Part shown: positions 12,828 through 20,000 of the stretch, piece after piece
How positions within the stretch are numbered: position 1 is the first letter of the stretch
Layout of the letters: every line of letters starts with the position of its first letter
DNA from: Catajapyx aquilonaris
Taxonomy: Eukaryota
Length of the DNA stretch: 20,000 nucleotides
NCBI GenBank assembly: GCA_000934665.2
Contig: KZ538343.1
Coordinates: 61,523-81,522, forward strand
Direction: 5' to 3'
Translations under genes and position numbers: made by a program
Notes under the pieces: model-generated
What the model saw: the letters and a program-made list of their open reading frames with translations, nothing else
What the model was told of the DNA's origin: nothing
Database searches by the model: none

Positions 12828-12862
12828 TCAGTCGGATAGGGACAGTCCGACGAGGTGGTCGC
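12828..12862 (+). promoter_or_regulatory. Putative TATA-less Inr+DPE core promoter of fj; predicted TSS at A12830
   Basis: TCAGTC at 12828-12833 matches the Inr consensus TCAKTY. GGTCG at 12857-12861 matches the DPE consensus RGWYV and sits at exactly +28 to +32. The predicted TSS is 126 nt upstream of the first in-frame ATG. Confidence 0.65.
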
Positions 12863-12873
12863 TTGGTTGGTGC

Positions 12874-13031
12874 ATGACAGACTGGCAATTGGTTCAGGAC
12901 ACGGGTTTAGTGTGTAGATGGGGCAGGATGGGAGGGTGACGGCACGTGTGTTCCGATGTCGCTTGCCGAGCTGTGGCCGTGCGGCGGTGCTGCACCTCCT
13001 GACTTATCCCACGTGGAGCAGGACCAGGTAG
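12874..13031 (+). other. Upstream ORFs in the predicted fj leader: 12874-12939 (21 aa), 12928-12939 (MGG*), and 12918-13031 (37 aa, overlapping the first CDS ATG)
   Basis: Translated by hand. ATG12874 and ATG12928 share the TGA at 12937-12939. ATG12918 reads to the TAG at 13029-13031. Their status as uORFs depends on the predicted TSS. Confidence 0.5.
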
Positions 13032-14365
13032 CTATGGTGCGAAAGAACAATCGGTTGTGGGGGTGGCTCCTTCCGGGGGCTTCTTCACCACCAAGGACCT
13101 TCCGGGCCCTGTGCTGCCTAACAGCGGCGTTGGCCTTCGCCCTGGGCATCTTCATCGGTGTCCTTATCCCACTCTACGTCATCCCGTTGCGTTCTGGGCA
13201 ACAGCACAGTGTCAACAGTACGGACAGACCGGTACTGTCGCGTCATATAGTACTTCCCAAGCCTAGTGATAGAGTCAACCGGACGGTGGATGAGCGACGG
13301 CCAAGTGTTTCCTTTGTGTTTCCGGCACCGCCAGTGTCCCCGTACACACCCCCTGTTTATCGGCCCGATCCGGTGCCGACAAGTGAGGAGCTGGACAGTG
13401 CGGAAGAAGTGGTCCGAGGTGCCTATTGGTCGCCTCAGGTGGAATCAGTGCTTCCCAAGTCCTTCACCAAAGAGCAAGTGGACTCATGGCGGCGGCAATG
13501 CCGTCGAGCCACTGTCATCAAAGTGGAGGAGGGTTGCGGCAGGATGCAGAACCGGTTCCTCACTTTCTCCGACGGTACCAAGGCCTGTTGTCGATACAGG
13601 CAGAACCTGGACCAGATCCAGGGAGAGATCTTCAGCTTCTATCTCAGCCAGATCTTGGGCATGGGCAACCTGGCGCCTTCCACCTTGGATCTGGTCAGGC
13701 CACGTGATCCCAAGTGGTTACCTGTCCGGTCCCATCTGAGCCTGGCCCAATGGGCCGAAGACCGACCGGTGGTCCTTACCCAGCATATCCCAGAGCTGGT
13801 ACCGGCCTACATCCCCGCCCCTTTCCGAGGTCCATCCAGACACCTTCACCCCCCTGACCTAAGTCTCCTCAGCCTCAACATCACCCAAGACCGGGAGCTG
13901 TTGATCCACTTGGCTCAGTGGTCCGACATGGTGGTCTTCGACTACCTGACCGCTAACCTTGACCGCATGGTCAACAATCTATACAACCTGCAGTGGAATC
14001 CGGCCATGATGGAAGCCCCTGCACACAACCTGGCCCAGGACAAGCGAAGTGGTCTCCTTGTCTTCCTGGACAACGAGAGTGGTCTCCTGCACGGTTACCG
14101 ACTGCTGGAGAAATACGAGCACTATCACAGGGTCATGCTGGACGCGCTCTGTGTCTTCCGTCGCAACACAGGCGAGGCCATCAAGAGGCTTCACCAAAAC
14201 AAGAATGTCGGAGAGCTGTTGAAGAGGATCTTCGAGACAACTGAACCAGGATTTCGCGACTACCTCCCGGTGATCCCAGACAAAAGCATTAAAATATTGA
14301 ACCACAGGATAGACCGAGTTCACGAACAAATTAGCAAGTGTGAAATATTGTACGGGAAAAAGTGA
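12956..14365 (+). CDS. fj: Four-jointed (Fj/FJX1 family) Golgi-lumenal Ser/Thr kinase, 469 aa, single coding exon; the real start may be Met27 at 13034
   Basis: This is by far the longest ORF and is GC-richer than its flanks. A hydrophobic segment ALCCLTAALAFALGIFIGVLIPLYVIPL (aa 51-78) is followed by a Pro-rich stalk. Recognisable Fj-family blocks follow: GAYWSPQVE, GCGRMQNR, DGTKACCRYRQNLDQIQGEIFSFYL, QWSDMVVFDYLTANLDR, QWNPAMM, LVFLDNESGLLHGY and LCVFRR. The catalytic DNE motif is at aa 372-374 (nt 14069-14077). The family was recognised from memory, with no search run. Confidence 0.96.
   Translation: MSLAELWPCGGAAPPDLSHVEQDQVAMVRKNNRLWGWLLPGASSPPRTFRALCCLTAALAFALGIFIGVLIPLYVIPLRSGQQHSVNSTDRPVLSRHIVLPKPSDRVNRTVDERRPSVSFVFPAPPVSPYTPPVYRPDPVPTSEELDSAEEVVRGAYWSPQVESVLPKSFTKEQVDSWRRQCRRATVIKVEEGCGRMQNRFLTFSDGTKACCRYRQNLDQIQGEIFSFYLSQILGMGNLAPSTLDLVRPRDPKWLPVRSHLSLAQWAEDRPVVLTQHIPELVPAYIPAPFRGPSRHLHPPDLSLLSLNITQDRELLIHLAQWSDMVVFDYLTANLDRMVNNLYNLQWNPAMMEAPAHNLAQDKRSGLLVFLDNESGLLHGYRLLEKYEHYHRVMLDALCVFRRNTGEAIKRLHQNKNVGELLKRIFETTEPGFRDYLPVIPDKSIKILNHRIDRVHEQISKCEILYGKK
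13106..13189 (+). other. Predicted type II transmembrane/signal-anchor segment of Fj (aa 51-78)
   Basis: An uncharged hydrophobic run of 28 aa is preceded by basic residues (RTFR). Lumenal N-glycosylation sequons NST (aa 87) and NRT (aa 108) follow. This matches the known type II Golgi topology of Fj. Confidence 0.85.
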
Positions 14366-15037
14366 AAAAAAGCATCAGACCAAAGTGGTGTACAGTGTAC
14401 ATTATGTGATTAGAGATTGAAGTGGTGTTTTATTTTATTTTTTGACTTGGGAAACGAATCCGTGGAAAAAGTTTGAGCGTGAAAGTCTAATAGGCCCTAA
14501 TGGATCTGGCGTCCTTTTGAAGAACTCGTGGGAAAGAAGAAGTTGGTAACGAAGAATGAAGATTCATCACGCTCGCTGTGAAAAATAGCGTAACGATGGA
14601 CCCCTTCGGACCTATTTGAGGTATTGCAAAAGTGAATATGAATGTGCAGAGAAGTAATTATTGTTGTGGATAATCACATCCTGGAGATGCTGTGATCAGT
14701 AACAGTTCGACGTTTACAATTATGACAGAGTACTTTAGTCCATTATTTATTTCTTGATTCTAATATGGCACAATCTGAGTCCATCAGACCAGATTCTGAA
14801 GCATTTAATCTACCAGAAGTTATTGTATTTGAATTACAGATGCGGTTTTTTTGGCATACAGTTAATGTTTTCATAATTCTGCCTGACTCCAGTACATGTT
14901 TTCAATGAAATGTGCAACTCTGTCACTGTCATAGAGTAATGGCTAACATACGCACAAACTGTTGACAGATGGCAAACTCCAATTGGCTTGCGAAATACAC
15001 TTGTTTTTGCCTTTACCTATACTCTGGCCAAATGCGT

Positions 15038-15043
15038 AATAAA
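15038..15043 (+). terminator. First canonical polyadenylation signal (AATAAA) downstream of the fj stop
   Basis: AATAAA lies about 670 nt after the stop codon, but there is no strong downstream GU-rich element. Alternative AATAAA hexamers occur at 16795-16800 and 17737-17742. Confidence 0.35.
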
Positions 15044-18000
15044 CGTGACAATGGCTGATATGTCCTAGGAAGTCAACCGGTTGAACCTTTATTGCCGGAA
15101 AGAAGATATCATGCATCACTGCTTTCCCACCCTTAATTATCCAGACACGAGTTTATACATATGATACCCGTCAATCTAGCCCCAGCAGGAGGCTGATGGG
15201 GGCGGGGATTCGATTTCTGTTAAACTGGGGGATAATTGGCGGCTAATTGAGATTGGAAATTATGATTTCCTAGCTCGAGACGCGAGCGTGGAAATCAACA
15301 CTGTCATAACCCGTTTACGACAGACCTCTGTGTTATGACAGAAGTATATTGACCATCCATCATTGAACCAGACGAGCTTGAAAAAAAAATCCAGGGCCAT
15401 CCTTATTGTCATGCAGAGACCCACACTTTCCATGATTTTCATGACAAGTTGGTGGCGAGAAAATTGCAGCCGGTCCTTCGGGACGATGTGCCGTTTACAC
15501 CGCCTCTATTTGGAGCCCATTAAGAACCCTGGTGGTTGTAAATCAGAGTGCAAACGACACCTCCAAAACGACCCAGGGCCCCAGTTTTATGGGTAGGAGG
15601 AGAGAGAAGAAGTAGGTTTCTTCAGAATGGGTGTCCTTATTTCTCCTGATATTTTTTCTTCTTCTTCTTTCCACCACGTCTTCTGTTTTTTTCTGATATT
15701 CCCACCCACTAGGATGTTCACTTATTCCTGGGGCGCAAAAGGAATAAGAGAAACATCTCCTGGTCAAGCTTTTGTTTAGTCTTGAATCGGCCTTGTCCTT
15801 GGGGGAAAATCATGAAAGAGGTGGAGGGGGTACGACTTCAAAAGGTTAGTTGATTTGGGTTGGTTGCTGACTACCACTGCCCCTGGCTGGCTTTTTGGTT
15901 TACCGGCAGGGAGTCTTCTCATCCACACTCAGTTCAGGTGGTTGCAAGGCACAGGCAGGCTCTACGTTGTATAACACTGAAACCAATGCTCGGCTGCAAG
16001 GCCTTTTACAATAGCATAGATGCCATTTTAAGGCAGATAACGTCCAAAATGGCCAGGTAATACCATGCCAACAATGGTGCCACCACGCGGCCAAGCCCTC
16101 GACTAATAATTATAAGTATCATGTCAGAGGACTTGTCCGCGTGGCGGCACCACAGTGGGCATAGTTGCTGTGTCATTCGCGTGTTCAAAATCAGTGTTTG
16201 TTCCGCATTTAGTAAGTGGGTAAGGGGCATCCAGTGTTTCAATCTGAAAATGATGGGTCGGAATGTCTTGGAAATACCGGTAAGGTATTTATGGCCTTCT
16301 GCGAGTTGGCAACCACGGGTCTCGGGACGTCGCACAGGGAATGTATTGCTGGCATCAATGGCAAGTGTTCTTTTCCCCGCCCTGGAAAGCCCCCTCATCC
16401 TAGCCAGGGTGGGTCCTTCCTCTGTTGCTTGGCCCTCCCATCTCCTCCTTAATTACTTTACGACTCCCTCTGGCTCATTCCTTCTCTCCTAGTATATTTT
16501 TTTTTCAAATTCTCTCTCCCTCCCCCCCCCCTCCTAACTCAATCAGTGACGTCTTATAATACTTTTATGACTATAAGTTATCGGCTATGTTCGTGAGTTG
16601 GCTATCCTAGAATCGCCAAAATTGGCCCTCCCTATATTTTGATAATGCAAACAAGACTGGAGGCAAGACATGCGCACTCTGCAAATGAACCCTACTGCTC
16701 TCTTTCCAAAGGCGGCGAGACCTCACGTTTCTCGGGTGTGGCCCTTTTTTAGTGATTTTTAAAATGGGCGTTTTGGTTCACGTTCACATTGTTTAATAAA
16801 ACGTGGGCATATTACATTTAATTAGTGGATAAGTGAAGATCAATCTCGAGAGCATCGCTTAATATGCCCCCCCCCCTCCTCCCTCTTGTTTTTCCACGCT
16901 GTGATGTATGGGTACTATGAGATTAGTCCTACTTTTTTGGACTAGAAGGTACAAGGCTGTTCATTATAGTCGGTTAGGGAAATAAGAAGTAGTAACGGAG
17001 CTCCATGTTTGGCTAGTGCCCAATGACTGTCATGGCGGCCGTCGCTGTACATCAGTTGGGACAAGTGTAACCGCATGCAAATTGGACAACATTTTTTCAC
17101 CTACTATCAGGGGCCTCCAAAAACAGGCAGGGGGAAAACCCGTTTCAATTTTTTTGGGAAAGGAAAAGTCGACCTGTAATAATTTTGACAGGTCTGCAAA
17201 TGAAGCACTTTCTCGCGTGGTTGAGCTTCATGGTCTTTATGGTACAATGGATGTTGACCATCTGTCTCGGTTTGGCTTGTAGCCGAAAAAAACAACCCAG
17301 AGAAGCGGATAACGCACTTGTACATTTTTCTCACTGTGATTGTCCAAAATGGGTGGTCTGTTGCAACCTTATGTACCATAGGTGCAAACTGTTCACTGAC
17401 TTTTGTTTTTGTTTATTTCTTGTTGTTTTCACGAAAAGTCTGATTTTGTTTATATGGAAGGACAAGGCCACTTCAGGCGACTGAATGGTGAGCCGCTCCC
17501 CATTGGAGGATTTTATAAACTTTTTGATAACTCCAAGTGCCTTGTAAATATTTGTAAATGCACAATATATATTTAAAGAGCGCTAACTGCGTTCATCTCT
17601 ACTTGCATGTGCCCAATTTTCAGGACATCAAACTACACCCTTGTGACCAAGGCTCTTAACGGGAATTTCTAAAATTTATTCCGTTATAATGCACTCATGA
17701 TATCGCCTACATGACCGCTACGTACAGTACAGCATTAATAAATTCAAAACTATACCGTCATATGCCTTGACCACCAGGGTGCCTAAAAATCAAAAACTTG
17801 TTTTTGTAAAAGTTAGAAACCCCAGCTACCTGGTCGATATGATCATGGACCCCCGAAACACTTGGAAGCGGCTCGGCGAGAAGGAATTATTAACACAAAT
17901 TATCGTTGCGCCAGATATGATCAATTAGCGCAGGCGAATTCTCGTAAATCTCCCCTCACGATAAGTCTATAAAAGCCCGTCATCATCACGACTACACCTC

Positions 18001-20000
18001 GGCCTGGCCTGGTAGACCTTGAGCTGGCCATCCATCGCTTTCTTGGCAGCTGCTCCATTCGTCCCTGAGACTCACTGGATGTATGATGGAGGCTCCCGCG
18101 AAGAACAACCTTATCTTCCAGCCCAATATTTTCTCTCTCTTTGTTGTGTGCCTCAGGTCAAAAAAGGAAGAAGAGAAGGCTGCCAGGCGGCACCACGAAT
18201 AATTGGGAGGGCTCCATGTCGCCTTGGTACCTCGTCGTCTTCACTTTGCTGCACTAAATTTACTTGGGATTTCTGTGATGGCGACAAATTGTAAGGTTGG
18301 AAACGATCTGGAAGCACTGAGAGAAAGGCCTACTTTGCAGCAGTATGATGTATCAAGAATTGCAGCTGATATTGTGAGGTCAGGTGAGTTAGTATTATGA
18401 CACACGTTTCATGAAGTCTAATAGTTAGGCCTACTTGTCTATTACATAATTTTTTATAGAACGGAGAAGCTCCCCTGTACACATGTTTCAAGTACAATAT
18501 TACAGCAATGTATTACTGAATCACTCTGAAATGATTTTTTTCGCTTGTGACGAATGTTGTACTTAATTTGGCGGTTGGGACAGGGATAGGGAGAAAAAAA
18601 CTCATTTCCACAGTCGTACATATGTTCTTTTGTACATGCCTGTAGGTAAATTAGTATGTATGTGGTAGCCTGTTACTATACATTTGTCATCCATACTTAC
18701 ACAGATTTATTGCAATTAAATTATTAAGTAGGCTATTATGCTGTTTATAATCTTTGGCAGGCCAACAAATCACTGTACAAAAATTGTGGTGTAGGCGAAA
18801 CGGATTGGTCTCTTATGACAATGCCAATTAATTATATCTAACCTGGTCAATTCTGTGGGTTGCATTTAAAGATATGTTCACCCACGTTGTTGTGTTAACA
18901 AAAAAATGCACAAGGCGCAATTGAGGGAATTCCTCCAAAATTATATGATAATAAGGGTGCGTTTAAACAGTGGTGTGCTCAGCTGGAGCTTGTAACATTC
19001 AGATTTTGCTTCAGAATATTATCAGGATGAAAATTATAATTATTTACACCTCTGAGGTACCGAGTTCGATCCCAGGATCGGGCAATAGACACGTATAAAG
19101 ATTTTTGAGGGGATCGCTTATTATTTGCATAAAACATTTTCTCTGAGTTCTCCCATGTGCTTTTATATTCCAGCAAAAACTTCATTTTCTCTTCTCCTCT
19201 CCCCATGCTTCATGCCTGAGGCATGCTGAGGCAGCTCCACCAAGTAAAGCGAACAAAACTTGAGAATTACAAATAAAATTTACCGAATCATTTTATTGAA
19301 GCATAACTTAGGCCTACATATATATATAGGCTCTGGATAATGCAGCAAAAAGAGCGGAATTCAGACGTTTTGACGCTTATAACGTACAATACCGGTACCC
19401 TTATCAAAAAGGTTCGACTGTTCTTATAAGGGGTTATTGTAAGTTACGCAATTCCATGATTCAACAACTCTATTGATAGTTAATTAAAGTGAGAATTATT
19501 CTGCAGTGCAATTAATTTGGGAACTATTATAAAATAATGATCGCTTCATAGCTCCTCAAAATTGTCAAGCTATTTTATATGATGCGGTGCTTATTGCATA
19601 CTGTAAATATCATGACTCTCATGACAGTCAGTTAAGGAAGTTAAAAGGATTTTATGTAAAGTAACTCTGAACTCTGAAGCGGCGGAATATGCCTGATATA
19701 CAGTATAGTACCCTATTCAATGGGCATTCTTACATTTCGTTGACCACAAACATTAATCTACCTTGTCTACACACCAGTGTATGATAAAAAATAGCCTGAC
19801 GAAATTCACCTGACGCATTGGCAGTGCTGTACAACTTTGAATTTTGGTAATACGAAATAAAAAAATGAACATGTTGGCTAGCCAATAATTTATTTTATCC
19901 TGTGAGTAGTAGCCCACTGCATATTACGGAGCCTCATGGAAAAATTCCGCAGTGTCGCCACCGTCTATGCGAGTTTAACATGGGAAAGCGCCACTGCGGC

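Noticed and set aside
14048..14088. 11-bp direct repeat AGTGGTCTCCT (SGLL twice) flanking the DNE motif
   Set aside because: The surrounding protein follows the normal Fj pattern with no apparent length change, so this is probably codon coincidence.
13057..14329. Alternative-frame and antisense ORFs inside the fj CDS
   Set aside because: These are expected shadows of a GC-rich coding region and carry no independent motifs.
19060..19080. B-box-like GAGTTCGATCCC
   Set aside because: There is no paired T-arm, A-box or tail.
183..19206. Remaining 60-144 aa ORFs in the flanks
   Set aside because: None resembles a known family, transposase or reverse transcriptase. Many start at non-ATG codons, and their lengths fit chance.
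1..20000. CRISPR array, operon or prokaryotic defence system
   Set aside because: There are no regularly spaced repeats, coding density is very low, and the only gene is a metazoan one.

Overview
Eukaryotic (metazoan, probably invertebrate or arthropod-like) genomic DNA, almost all non-coding. It contains one well-supported gene: an intronless four-jointed (fj/FJX1) Golgi kinase CDS at 12956-14365 (+). It has a type II transmembrane anchor, a Pro-rich stalk and intact DYLTANLDR and LVFLDNE motifs. An Inr+DPE core promoter with exact spacing predicts a TSS at about 12830, and the predicted leader carries three upstream ATGs. The flanks look like a developmental gene's regulatory landscape: a CTCF-like triplet, a YY1/Pho cluster, Su(H) and STAT consensus sites, and a 3'UTR K-box and ARE. 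They also carry an over-represented TA-(N3-4)-TA motif family resembling Tc1/mariner excision footprints, and one pre-miRNA-like hairpin. I found no second credible gene, RNA gene, intact transposon, CRISPR array or novel protein system. All regulatory calls are motif-level hypotheses. Expected counts are rough hand estimates assuming about 42% GC.
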